Source: a virus. Taken from it: DNA of 64,000 bases. Within the stretch, counting starts at the first letter, position 1. Each line of letters opens with the position of its first letter. The stretch is taken from positions 1 to 64,000 of IMG/VR virus record IMGVR_UViG_3300045988_105143; one strand, written 5' to 3'. A program made the translations under genes and the position numbers. The notes below the pieces were generated by a model that saw nothing but the letters and a program-made list of their open reading frames with translations, had not been told where the DNA came from and made no database searches. This document shows, in pieces, positions 27,455 to 34,748 of the stretch.

Positions 27455-28109
27455 AAACTGTTTAACAACTAAAGACCAGTGTTGGATATGCGACGATTAT
27501 GGGTTATATAGACCAAAAAATAAATCTATATTATCACCAAGACAAGAGGAAAATAAAATCGCACGTAAGCTAGAAAAGAAGGTTAAAAAACAATCTTCTG
27601 CTAGTAAACGTGGGAAAAGCAACAGGCGTAACGGAAGAAATGCCGAAAGAGAACTGGTTGCTTGGTTTGATAAGATTGGATTAACATCTAACTTAGTACC
27701 GATGTCAGGTGCATTAAAATCAGCTAATATAATTAAGGCTTTAGCTAATGATGAAATGGTTGAAAAAATGCGTGGAGACATCAAGGTAGAAATTAATGGT
27801 AACACATTTACAGTTGAGTCAAAACGCAATGTAAACTCGGATGCGTGGTACAAGAAAGCTGAGGACGGTATCGTCCACATTGATGGTTTTGCTTACTTAC
27901 TAAGGCAGGATTTGTTCCATGCACTAATAAATGGTGTTAAATTAGACATAGCCAACACGATACCTGATAAAGGGTTTAAAATAGTTCACACTTATTTTAA
28001 CCAAGATAATAGCGACATTGTGGTAATATCAAGACCATATTGTGATAGGTTATTTTACCTAAAGGAGGAAACATATGAAAAAATTATTAGACAAAGAAAA
28101 AGGTCTTAG
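27432..28109 (+). CDS. PD-(D/E)XK-type nuclease, possible Holliday-junction resolvase
   Basis: N-terminal CxxxxxxCxxC, a basic linker, then GRNAERELVAWFDKIGL..VPMSG..., GDIKVE and FTVESKR (E...D...E-x-K arrangement). Confidence 0.4.
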   Translation: MKSCKVSKNCLTTKDQCWICDDYGLYRPKNKSILSPRQEENKIARKLEKKVKKQSSASKRGKSNRRNGRNAERELVAWFDKIGLTSNLVPMSGALKSANIIKALANDEMVEKMRGDIKVEINGNTFTVESKRNVNSDAWYKKAEDGIVHIDGFAYLLRQDLFHALINGVKLDIANTIPDKGFKIVHTYFNQDNSDIVVISRPYCDRLFYLKEETYEKIIRQRKRS

Positions 28110-28341
28110 CGTATCTTTAAAGGCAACTATCGAAGACAACAAGGCTAAAGTGGACTCTGATGTCCAAGTACAAGAAGCTACTATTATTGAAGTAATTTCA
28201 CTATTACTCGCAATGAATGAAGCTATTATTAGTGGTCTTGAAGTAGACTTTATTAAGCCAGCTGTTATGAAAACTCTTGGTAACGCTTTGATTGAAATGG
28301 CTAATGGTAATTTCAAGGAAGATAAAAAACTTTTAAGTTAA
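28075..28341 (+). CDS. hypothetical protein
   Basis: 88-aa ORF with AAGGAGGA RBS. Confidence 0.55.
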   Translation: MKKLLDKEKGLSVSLKATIEDNKAKVDSDVQVQEATIIEVISLLLAMNEAIISGLEVDFIKPAVMKTLGNALIEMANGNFKEDKKLLS

Positions 28342-28366
28342 TAGTATAATTAAGGAGAATTGTTCA

Positions 28367-28597
28367 ATGTATATTTTATCAGACGATAGTAAAAAATTAA
28401 TTAATGCTTGCTCTTTGTTTGTAAAACCTAAAAAGGACAAAACAGATTTAAATAAAATTACAAGTTATATGGTATTGGGTTCTATTGCAAACGGCGTGAG
28501 TGTTAAAATTAAAGAATTCGACACTGAAGAAAAAGCACAAGCATTTATCGAGCAGGTGGCAGTTGATATTTCTGCCAATAAAAGAGCAAAGGAATAA
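28367..28597 (+). CDS. hypothetical protein
   Basis: 76-aa ORF with AAGGAG RBS. Confidence 0.55.
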   Translation: MYILSDDSKKLINACSLFVKPKKDKTDLNKITSYMVLGSIANGVSVKIKEFDTEEKAQAFIEQVAVDISANKRAKE

Positions 28598-28600
28598 TAA

Positions 28601-29035
28601 ATGAAAAATCTATCAGAATTAAAGGCAAGTTACGATAAGCTAAAACTCTGGTATGATGATTTAGAAGATACTGATGCAAGCTCCGCATTCGGCATTATGA
28701 AAGAGGCTTCTGCACTGCAATCTAGCTTTGAGTTCTTGTCAGCGGATTTAGGCAAAGAATTAAGCGATGCTGAGCGTAGTGCGAAAGCTACTCATGCTAC
28801 AGTTAGTAGCTCATTGTCAACTAAGGTAAATGAGGGAGATAGGTTGGCTACAAAGTCGATTGAGGTATTGGAAGCCTGGGAACACGTATCTTCAATACAG
28901 CGTTCTCAGCGTTATATTGATGCCATATCTAAGCACTTGTCTCGCATATACTTTGACTCAAAATTGATATTTGAAAATGCTTGTAGAGCTATGCGTCAGC
29001 CAGTAGGAGTTGATAAGCTTGTTGGACATGTTTGA
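28601..29035 (+). CDS. hypothetical protein
   Basis: 144-aa ORF, 3 nt after the previous stop. Confidence 0.55.
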   Translation: MKNLSELKASYDKLKLWYDDLEDTDASSAFGIMKEASALQSSFEFLSADLGKELSDAERSAKATHATVSSSLSTKVNEGDRLATKSIEVLEAWEHVSSIQRSQRYIDAISKHLSRIYFDSKLIFENACRAMRQPVGVDKLVGHV

Positions 29036-29189
29036 CAAATTAACAGAATTAGCGTATAATACTGGTGAAGAGATTTTTGAGATGTATAGGACTCCAATAG
29101 ATGTAATTGTCTCGGAACCCTATATGGCTTTCATCATCATTATGGATAATAAAATAGTATTTAAATATCAGATAGGAGACAGATTATGA
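29028..29189 (+). CDS. small hypothetical protein (53 aa, below ORF-track cutoff)
   Basis: ATG 29028 overlaps the upstream stop, and TGA 29187-29189 overlaps the next ATG (ATGA). This fills an otherwise empty 150-nt gap. Confidence 0.4.
   Translation: MFDKLTELAYNTGEEIFEMYRTPIDVIVSEPYMAFIIIMDNKIVFKYQIGDRL
29032..29060 (+). promoter_or_regulatory. consensus-sequence promoter P6 (inside coding sequence)
   Basis: TTGACA 29032-29037, 17-nt spacer, TATAAT 29055-29060. Lacks the TGn element of the other seven. Confidence 0.45.
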
Positions 29190-29431
29190 AGGATAAAATA
29201 TTTGGGTTCTTGTATTTGTTAGGCAACTCTGTAATGAGAGCTGTATGCATCGCCTTAATATTGATGTGGGCTGTACTTGTACCATATTTATACTTTACAT
29301 CTAACCATAGCTTAGCGGAGTGGTTTATTCCATTAGTATATGGCTGTTCCTTTGTTAGCATTATGAAGTGCTTACGAGATTTATTAAACGACGACTTTGG
29401 AGAAAATGACGATGAGTTCCCAAAAGTTTAA
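29186..29431 (+). CDS. small membrane protein
   Basis: Two hydrophobic segments (FGFLYLLGNSVMRAVCIALILMWAVLVPYLYF, WFIPLVYGCSFVSIM). Confidence 0.55.
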   Translation: MKDKIFGFLYLLGNSVMRAVCIALILMWAVLVPYLYFTSNHSLAEWFIPLVYGCSFVSIMKCLRDLLNDDFGENDDEFPKV

Positions 29432-29591
29432 AAGGTATGATAAAGTAAAAACTCCAAAAGGCATTATTGTAATCCAATCTATACAATACGACCCTAAGAG
29501 TGATGAATACTCTTATTCTATCTTAGGTCCTAAGAGCCATTTTTGGAGGCAAAGTGAGTGTGAATTGGTAGAAAGGTATAAGAAAGCATGA
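29406..29591 (+). CDS. hypothetical small protein
   Basis: ATG 29406 after GGAG (alternative start 29397). Its stop overlaps the nrdJ start. Confidence 0.5.
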   Translation: MTMSSQKFKRYDKVKTPKGIIVIQSIQYDPKSDEYSYSILGPKSHFWRQSECELVERYKKA

Positions 29592-31636
29592 GTCTATTAA
29601 GCGAAGAATTTATTTCGACATTTCCAGATTTCCCAAAGCATATGGGGAATCTAGCCAAGCTCGTTTACTACCGTACGTATTCACGTTGGTTACCAGATGA
29701 GGGTAGACGTGAAACGTGGCAAGAAACTTGTGTGCGTGCAGTAGAATATAACTGCTCGTTAGCTAATACATCTGTGTATGAAGCACAGAGATTATTCACA
29801 AATATGTTTAATCTCAAACAATTTATAAGTGGTCGTTCATTGTGGATTGGCGGTAGCGAAGCGAGTAAGAAAACTAAATTAGCAAACTTTAATTGCTCGT
29901 TTGTAGTCATTGATAGTATTAAATCTATTTGTGATTTATTCTATTTACTAATGGTCGGTACTGGCGTAGGTGTCCGCATACTACCAGGTGATGTTTTTAA
30001 ATTACCAACATTTAGAGATGATGTAATCCTACATTCTCAATACAACACACATTCCACTAAGCAACGTGGTAGAGAGCAAACCATCACAGAGCAAGAAGAT
30101 GATATATTCATTATTAGAATTGGTGATAGTAAAGAAGGTTGGGTAGATGCTTTGCGTGCATATCTAAACTTCATGGCTTCTGATACAGCATGTAATCATA
30201 TTCTAATTGATTATACTGAAATTCGTGTTAAAGGTTCTACCTTATCTAATTTTGGTGGCACAGCAAGTGGCTATGAGTCTATTATGGATATGTTCACAAA
30301 AATCCACCATGTAATTCAAGATGGAAAATTCTCTTCTAAACCTGATGGTGGTAAACTACGTCCTATTCACTGCTTAGACATCTGCAATTTAATTGGACAA
30401 AATGTAGTTGTTGGTGGCGTGCGACGTACGGCGGAAATTGCTATTATAGACCCTCATGACAAAGAATGTGTACATGCTAAGGATAATATCCAGCCTGGCA
30501 TGGAACATAGATATATGAGTAATAATAGTATCTATCAAGAGGTAAAACCTAGTCGTGAAAAAATTCATGAACTATTTGACTCTATCCGTAAGTCTGGTGA
30601 ACCTGGTATTATTAATGTAGCAGAAGCAAAACGCAGACGTCCAGACTTTGCAGGCGTAAATCCTTGCTGTGAAATTATATTACCACCTAATGCTGTGTGT
30701 AATTTGACAACAGTTAATATGGTAGCGTTTGTAAATGATGACGGTTCTGTAGACTGGGATGGGCTTGAATTAGCCTTTATATTATCTACTCGTGCTGGTT
30801 ATCGTATGACATGTGTAGATTTAGAACTAGACGGGTGGAACGAAGTACATCATAGAGACAGATTAACTGGTTGTTCTATGACTGGTTGGCAAGACTTTAT
30901 TGCTAAGATGAGTAACGGAGTTTTAAGGCGTGCTGGTGGCAAGGTTGGCATTCTTAAATGGTTGCGTGCTATTGTTCACGACGCTGGTCATACTATTTCA
31001 GATGAGTTAAAAACTCCTGTACCATTATTGATGACGGCTTTAAAACCAGAGGGTTCATTAAGCTTAGTAGCCAATGGTGTTTCTCCAGGAGTTCATTGGC
31101 AACATTCCCCATATTTCATTAGACGTATTCGTGTAAACGCACATGACCCATTAGCTTTAACCGCTAAGGAACTTGGCTGGCAAATCCATCCAGAAGTTGG
31201 TCAAGATATGGAGACAGCTACAACTATTGTAATTGATTTTCCAGTGCATAGCCCAGCTACTGTAACTAAAGCAGATGTACCTGCTGTTGAACAATTAAAA
31301 GAATATATTCTGTTCCAAGAGTATTATACAGATATGAATACGTCTAATACCATTACTGTTAAACCAGAAGAGTGGGAAGAAGTAGAAGATTTTGTATATA
31401 ATCATTGGGATAGTATGTTAGGTGTTACATTCCTAGAATTAAATTCTACATATTATCCTCTAATGCCATACGAGGAGTGTACAAAAGAAGAATATGAAGA
31501 ACTAAAATCTAAAATGAAAGAATTTGACCCAGTATTACTTAACCAATTAGAATTAAGTACAAGAAATATGGGTAAAGAATTTGAAATTTTAGACGATAGA
31601 AGTGAATGTGCGTCTGGTGTTTGCCCTATCAGATAG
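29588..31636 (+). CDS. nrdJ: adenosylcobalamin-dependent ribonucleoside-triphosphate reductase (monomeric class II RNR)
   Basis: Collinear with the Lactobacillus leichmannii RTPR as I recall it: YYRTYSRWLP, NCSFVVI, FGGTASG, ICNLIG..VVGGVRRTAEIA, GEPGIIN, NPCCEI, and a C-terminal ECASGVCPIR redox tail. Confidence 0.9.
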   Translation: MSLLSEEFISTFPDFPKHMGNLAKLVYYRTYSRWLPDEGRRETWQETCVRAVEYNCSLANTSVYEAQRLFTNMFNLKQFISGRSLWIGGSEASKKTKLANFNCSFVVIDSIKSICDLFYLLMVGTGVGVRILPGDVFKLPTFRDDVILHSQYNTHSTKQRGREQTITEQEDDIFIIRIGDSKEGWVDALRAYLNFMASDTACNHILIDYTEIRVKGSTLSNFGGTASGYESIMDMFTKIHHVIQDGKFSSKPDGGKLRPIHCLDICNLIGQNVVVGGVRRTAEIAIIDPHDKECVHAKDNIQPGMEHRYMSNNSIYQEVKPSREKIHELFDSIRKSGEPGIINVAEAKRRRPDFAGVNPCCEIILPPNAVCNLTTVNMVAFVNDDGSVDWDGLELAFILSTRAGYRMTCVDLELDGWNEVHHRDRLTGCSMTGWQDFIAKMSNGVLRRAGGKVGILKWLRAIVHDAGHTISDELKTPVPLLMTALKPEGSLSLVANGVSPGVHWQHSPYFIRRIRVNAHDPLALTAKELGWQIHPEVGQDMETATTIVIDFPVHSPATVTKADVPAVEQLKEYILFQEYYTDMNTSNTITVKPEEWEEVEDFVYNHWDSMLGVTFLELNSTYYPLMPYEECTKEEYEELKSKMKEFDPVLLNQLELSTRNMGKEFEILDDRSECASGVCPIR

Positions 31637-31639
31637 GTG

Positions 31640-31668
31640 TTGACAAACAATCACATTTGTGGTATAAT
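31640..31668 (+). promoter_or_regulatory. consensus promoter P7
   Basis: TTGACA 31640-31645, 17-nt spacer, TGg, TATAAT 31663-31668. Confidence 0.8.
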
Positions 31669-31731
31669 ACAGGTATAGTCAAGTTGGTGAGGCACAAAGC
31701 AAAACTTCATCAAACTTTCATCAAATAGGGG

Positions 31732-31760
31732 TTGACAAGCACCTCTGGATGTGGTATAAT
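31732..31760 (+). promoter_or_regulatory. consensus promoter P8 (tandem with P7)
   Basis: TTGACA 31732-31737, 17-nt spacer, TGg, TATAAT 31755-31760. Preceded by CTTCATCAAACTTTCATCAAATAG. Confidence 0.8.
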
Positions 31761-31835
31761 ATGGGTGTAGGTTGAGCTAAAGGGTGTCCACGACCTAGTG
31801 CTCACGAGTTATGATTAAATAGTAGGAGGTATACT

Positions 31836-32501
31836 ATGAACAAAGAAACAATGACAATTAGAAAAGCACTAACACAAAAGAAAGTACTAGATAAACAAAT
31901 TGCAGAATTATCTTCTACTAAATTTGTAGCTATTGCGACCTCTAACCGTACAGTTATTGACGGTATGAAACAAAAGGACTGGGTGGTAGACGCTCAGGCA
32001 CGTTTTCAGTCTCTTAATGATAAGCTAAAGAGACGTGAAGCTATCACTAATGCTATTATGAGTGCTAACGCAAATCATACGATTACAGTAAAGAAATTTA
32101 TCGGCATTGATAAGCAATCTGATGAATATGAATCTATCTCTTTTGCGTCTGCTATCGCTCGTAAAAAGTATTTATCTGATTTGCTGGTATCTATTGTCAA
32201 ACGGATGCAAAAAGCAATCCTTGATAACTCCAATGCGTACCAAGCAACGGAACGTCAAATGGATGAAAAAATTACAGAGAGACTATATCAAGAGTTCTCT
32301 GCTGTAACTCAGGCATCAGGTAAGGCTCGTCAAGAAAGAGAGGCAGAGTTACGTGAGCAATACTCAGTCGAGCTTCTTGACCCTAATAAACTAGCGGAAA
32401 ATTTAATGTCTTTCAAGGAATACATTGAAAATTATTTAGCTGAAATTGACTCTATTTTAGGTCATGCAACTGAGGTTACTGAAATCACAGTTGAATATTA
32501 A
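31836..32501 (+). CDS. hypothetical coiled-coil protein, probably highly expressed
   Basis: 221-aa ORF with AGGAGG RBS, behind tandem promoters P7/P8. Confidence 0.65.
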   Translation: MNKETMTIRKALTQKKVLDKQIAELSSTKFVAIATSNRTVIDGMKQKDWVVDAQARFQSLNDKLKRREAITNAIMSANANHTITVKKFIGIDKQSDEYESISFASAIARKKYLSDLLVSIVKRMQKAILDNSNAYQATERQMDEKITERLYQEFSAVTQASGKARQEREAELREQYSVELLDPNKLAENLMSFKEYIENYLAEIDSILGHATEVTEITVEY

Positions 32502-32916
32502 TTAGTATTGCTATAGTATCGTTCAACACTAAGAGTGATACGGAGGTATTTGTTTGTTGGTTGTTTCTACTCTAAAACAAATGAAAGCATACCGACACAC
32601 CTACTTGAAATGGGTATAAAGATGAAAATTGGAGTGGCTGTGCCCACAACGCTTATAGAGACTGGGACTAAAGCGTCTAAGGTAATCTTTAATCTTTAAG
32701 GATTAATATTAAGTACTTAATCATTAAACTAGATTAATCATTACTATCAAGCTCTCAATCTTCAATCTCTAATCGCTTATAAAATCCATGAACTCATTGT
32801 TTCGCCAGTATCTGGCACAGAGTTGACAACATGGCTGGTATTATAGCAATATCATACTTCTCTTTATTGGTGTAGTTATTCTCAATAATTTACAGCTCCG
32901 TAAGGGGCTGTTACAT

Positions 32917-32992
32917 GGGTGATTAGCTCAGCTGGGAGAGCACCTGCCTTACAAGCAGGGGGTCGCAAGTTCAAACCTTGCATCGCCCACCA
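32917..32992 (+). tRNA. trnV: tRNA-Val (anticodon TAC)
   Basis: Acceptor GGGTGAT/ATCGCCC, anticodon arm CCTGC-CTTACAA-GCAGG, T arm GCAAG-TTCAAAC-CTTGC, encoded CCA. Confidence 0.85.
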
Positions 32993-32999
32993 TTTACAT

Positions 33000-33089
33000 G
33001 GGTGGTTGACAGAGAGGCTTATTGTATCTCTTTGCTAAAGAGACGTCGTATAAAAGCGACCACAGGTTCGAATCCTGTACCATCCTCCA
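33000..33089 (+). tRNA. trnS: tRNA-Ser (anticodon GCT), long variable arm
   Basis: Acceptor GGGTGGT/ACCATCC, anticodon arm TCTCT-TTGCTAA-AGAGA, long variable arm, T arm ACAGG-TTCGAAT-CCTGT, CCA. Confidence 0.8.
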
Positions 33090-33093
33090 ACAT

Positions 33094-33169
33094 GGCTCGT
33101 TAGTCAAGTGGTTAAGACATCGCTCTTTCACAGCGAGAACGGTGGGTTCAATTCCCCCACGAGTCACCA
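33094..33169 (+). tRNA. trnE: tRNA-Glu (anticodon TTC)
   Basis: Acceptor GGCTCGT/ACGAGTC, anticodon arm TCGCT-CTTTCAC-AGCGA, T loop TTCAATT, CCA. Closely resembles Bacillus-type tRNA-Glu. Confidence 0.85.
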
Positions 33170-33240
33170 TTCGGTACTTATATACTATTGTTAAAGGCTT
33201 GCCATACCATGGGTGTTTTGCTGTATATACCATTCAACAG

Positions 33241-33314
33241 CTATATATTAGTTTACAGGTAAAACAAAGCCCTTGTGGGCGGAGACGGTGGGTTCGATAC
33301 CGACCATATATAGT
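33241..33314 (+). pseudogene. degenerate tRNA-like element
   Basis: All-AT acceptor CTATATA/TATATAG and a T-arm-like GTGGG-TTCGATA-CCGAC with one G-G mismatch. The anticodon region is GCCC-TTGT-GGGC with only a 4-nt loop, and there is no CCA. Confidence 0.3.
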
Positions 33315-33324
33315 GGTGTTATAT

Positions 33325-33399
33325 TCTTGGGTAGTTCAATGGTAGAGCATCTGGCTGTTAACCAGAATGTTGGGGGTTCGAGTCCCTCCCCAAGAGCCA
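33325..33399 (+). tRNA. trnN: tRNA-Asn (anticodon GTT)
   Basis: Acceptor TCTTGGG/CCCAAGA, anticodon arm TCTGG-CTGTTAA-CCAGA, T loop TTCGAGT, CCA. Confidence 0.85.
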
Positions 33400-33400
33400 T

Positions 33401-33486
33401 GTCGTTGTAGTCAAGATGGATAAAGACAACAGACTGTAAATCTGTCGCTTATAGCTTCGGAGGTTCGAATCCTCCCAACGGCACCA
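33401..33486 (+). tRNA. trnY: tRNA-Tyr (anticodon GTA), long variable arm
   Basis: Acceptor GTCGTTG/CAACGGC, anticodon arm ACAGA-CTGTAAA-TCTGT, long variable arm, T loop TTCGAAT, CCA. Confidence 0.8.
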
Positions 33487-33489
33487 CAT

Positions 33490-33567
33490 GGAGACTTAGC
33501 TCAGTAGGTAGAGCAACAGGTTGAAGCCCTGTGTTTAGCATTGGTTCAATTCCAATAGTCTCCACCA
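33490..33567 (+). tRNA. trnF: tRNA-Phe (anticodon GAA)
   Basis: Acceptor GGAGACT/AGTCTCC, D arm GCTC-AGTAGGTA-GAGC, anticodon arm ACAGG-TTGAAGC-CCTGT, 7-nt variable loop, T loop TTCAATT, CCA. Confidence 0.8.
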
Positions 33568-33725
33568 TAAGGTGTAGTCAACCTTAAATCACTTCATCTA
33601 AAATGACTCTAAATCCATTCATTTAATGGTCGGTATTTTGAGTTTGCCGTTAAGAAGATAACGATATACACTGTTTTTCTGAATTTAAAGAACGGATGTA
33701 TTTTGTTTTCTTAACTCATGAACAT

Positions 33726-33815
33726 GGAAAGTTGGCAGAGTCTGGTTTAATGCAACAGTCTTGAAAACTGTCGAGCAGAAATGCTCCGTGGGTTCGAATC
33801 CCACACTTTCCTCCA
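33726..33815 (+). tRNA. trnS: tRNA-Ser (anticodon TGA), long variable arm
   Basis: Acceptor GGAAAGT/ACTTTCC, anticodon arm ACAGT-CTTGAAA-ACTGT, long variable arm, T loop TTCGAAT, CCA. Confidence 0.8.
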
Positions 33816-33890
33816 GAGCCTTGATATTGAATTACGGTTTAATATCGCCTATCGGGTTACTTACGGGTTTCTTGGTAGGATAGGCATGTT

Positions 33891-33964
33891 ATGGGTATAG
33901 TGTAATGGAAACACGTTGGTCTCCAAAACCAAAGATAGAGGTTCGATTCCTCTTACCTGTGCCA
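33891..33964 (+). tRNA. trnW: tRNA-Trp (anticodon CCA)
   Basis: Acceptor ATGGGTA/TACCTGT (two G-U pairs, A1-U72 as in bacterial Trp), anticodon arm TTGGT-CTCCAAA-ACCAA, T loop TTCGATT, G73, CCA. Confidence 0.75.
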
Positions 33965-33968
33965 TATA

Positions 33969-34045
33969 CCCCCTATGATGAAACTGGCAAACATACTGGA
34001 CTTAGAATCCAGGTTCTGTAGGTTCGAGTCCTACTAGGGGTACCA
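33969..34045 (+). tRNA. trnL: tRNA-Leu (anticodon TAG), atypical: short variable loop, C1-U72 mismatch
   Basis: Acceptor CCCCCTA/TAGGGGT, 3-bp D stem with 11-nt loop, anticodon arm CTGGA-CTTAGAA-TCCAG, only a 5-nt variable loop, T arm GTAGG-TTCGAGT-CCTAC, A73, CCA. Confidence 0.6.
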
Positions 34046-34049
34046 ACAT

Positions 34050-34123
34050 TGTGGTGTAGTGTAATGGTAACACAGAAGACTTTGACTCTTCTATTCTAGG
34101 TTCAATCCCTAGCACCACTACCA
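34050..34123 (+). tRNA. trnQ: tRNA-Gln (anticodon TTG), U1-U72 mismatch
   Basis: Acceptor TGTGGTG/CACCACT, D arm GTGT-AATGGTA-ACAC, anticodon arm GAAGA-CTTTGAC-TCTTC, T arm CTAGG-TTCAATC-CCTAG, CCA. Confidence 0.7.
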
Positions 34124-34127
34124 ATAT

Positions 34128-34204
34128 TGCGGAGTAGTCCAATGGCAGAGACACGAGTCTCATAAGCTCGTATGGTGTGGGTTCAAGTCCCATCTCCGCT
34201 TCCA
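34128..34204 (+). tRNA. trnM: tRNA with CAT anticodon (Met, or Ile2 if lysidine-modified), U1-U72 mismatch
   Basis: Acceptor TGCGGAG/CTCCGCT, anticodon arm CGAGT-CTCATAA-GCTCG, T arm GTGGG-TTCAAGT-CCCAT, CCA. Confidence 0.7.
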
Positions 34205-34207
34205 CAT

Positions 34208-34283
34208 GGTCTCATGGAGTAAGGGTTATCTCGTCACCCTGTCAAGGTGAAGACTACGGGTTCAAATCCCGTTGAGACCGCCA
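34208..34283 (+). tRNA. trnD: tRNA-Asp (anticodon GTC)
   Basis: Acceptor GGTCTCA/TGAGACC, anticodon arm TCACC-CTGTCAA-GGTGA, T loop TTCAAAT, G73, CCA. Confidence 0.85.
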
Positions 34284-34428
34284 GACCTCTTGGGGGCTTA
34301 CGATACTATAAATCTTTTCTCCTTTCAATTTATAGTCGTATCCCCCTATATGAGGTGTATCATGGTGAGATTAAGGTAACACCTTATGAACGCCCTTATA
34401 AAATTAAATTTATTAAAGGAGGTTTTAT

Positions 34429-34740
34429 ATGAAGAAGTTATTTATGATTATGGCAGTATGTGTCCTGTCCCTGTGGGGACAAAGTGCTGACGCTAGAATG
34501 ATGGAAGTGAGTGCGTATACGCATTCTGGTGGTGTTATGGCAAATGGCGAGTACCCATATGTTGGTGCTGTCGCTAGTGATGACCTACCATTAGGTACTA
34601 CAGTTATTATTAATGGCTATCAGTATGTTGTAGCCGACCGTTTTGGTGGCGGTTATACTGATATGATTGATATTTTTGTAGACACGGAAGACGAAGCTAT
34701 ACAGTTTGGCAGGCAGTATTTAGATGTCACTGTAGTATAG
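34429..34740 (+). CDS. secreted 3D-domain (MltA/YuiC-like) muralytic protein
   Basis: Signal peptide MKKLFMIMAVCVLSLWGQSADA. VSAYTHSGGVMANGEYPYVGAVASDDLPLGTTVIINGYQYVVADRFGGGYTDMIDIFV carries the three conserved Asp of 3D domains. AAAGGAGG RBS. Confidence 0.75.
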   Translation: MKKLFMIMAVCVLSLWGQSADARMMEVSAYTHSGGVMANGEYPYVGAVASDDLPLGTTVIINGYQYVVADRFGGGYTDMIDIFVDTEDEAIQFGRQYLDVTVV

Positions 34741-34748
34741 GTGTTCCC

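Noticed and set aside
32560-32605. Reverse complement reads GTTTTAGAGTAGAAACAACC, reminiscent of the start of type II-A CRISPR repeats
   Set aside because: There is only a single copy, no second repeat or spacer periodicity, and no terminal ...AAAAC. I consider it a chance resemblance. A BLAST against host CRISPR repeats would settle it.
32823-32851. TTGACA at 32823 as a ninth consensus promoter for the tRNA array
   Set aside because: No TATAAT lies 17 nt downstream (GCAATA instead). A TGgTATTAT extended -10 exists at 32836-32844 but with the wrong spacing to the TTGACA. It is too uncertain to list as a feature.
32994-33345. ORFs 32994-33233 (minus) and 33022-33345 (plus)
   Set aside because: They run straight through tRNA-Ser, tRNA-Glu and the start of tRNA-Asn. 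They are artefacts of the stop-free tRNA sequences.
34002-34432. ORFs 34002-34205 (minus) and 34247-34432 (plus)
   Set aside because: They overlap tRNA-Leu/Gln/Met and tRNA-Asp respectively. They have no RBS.
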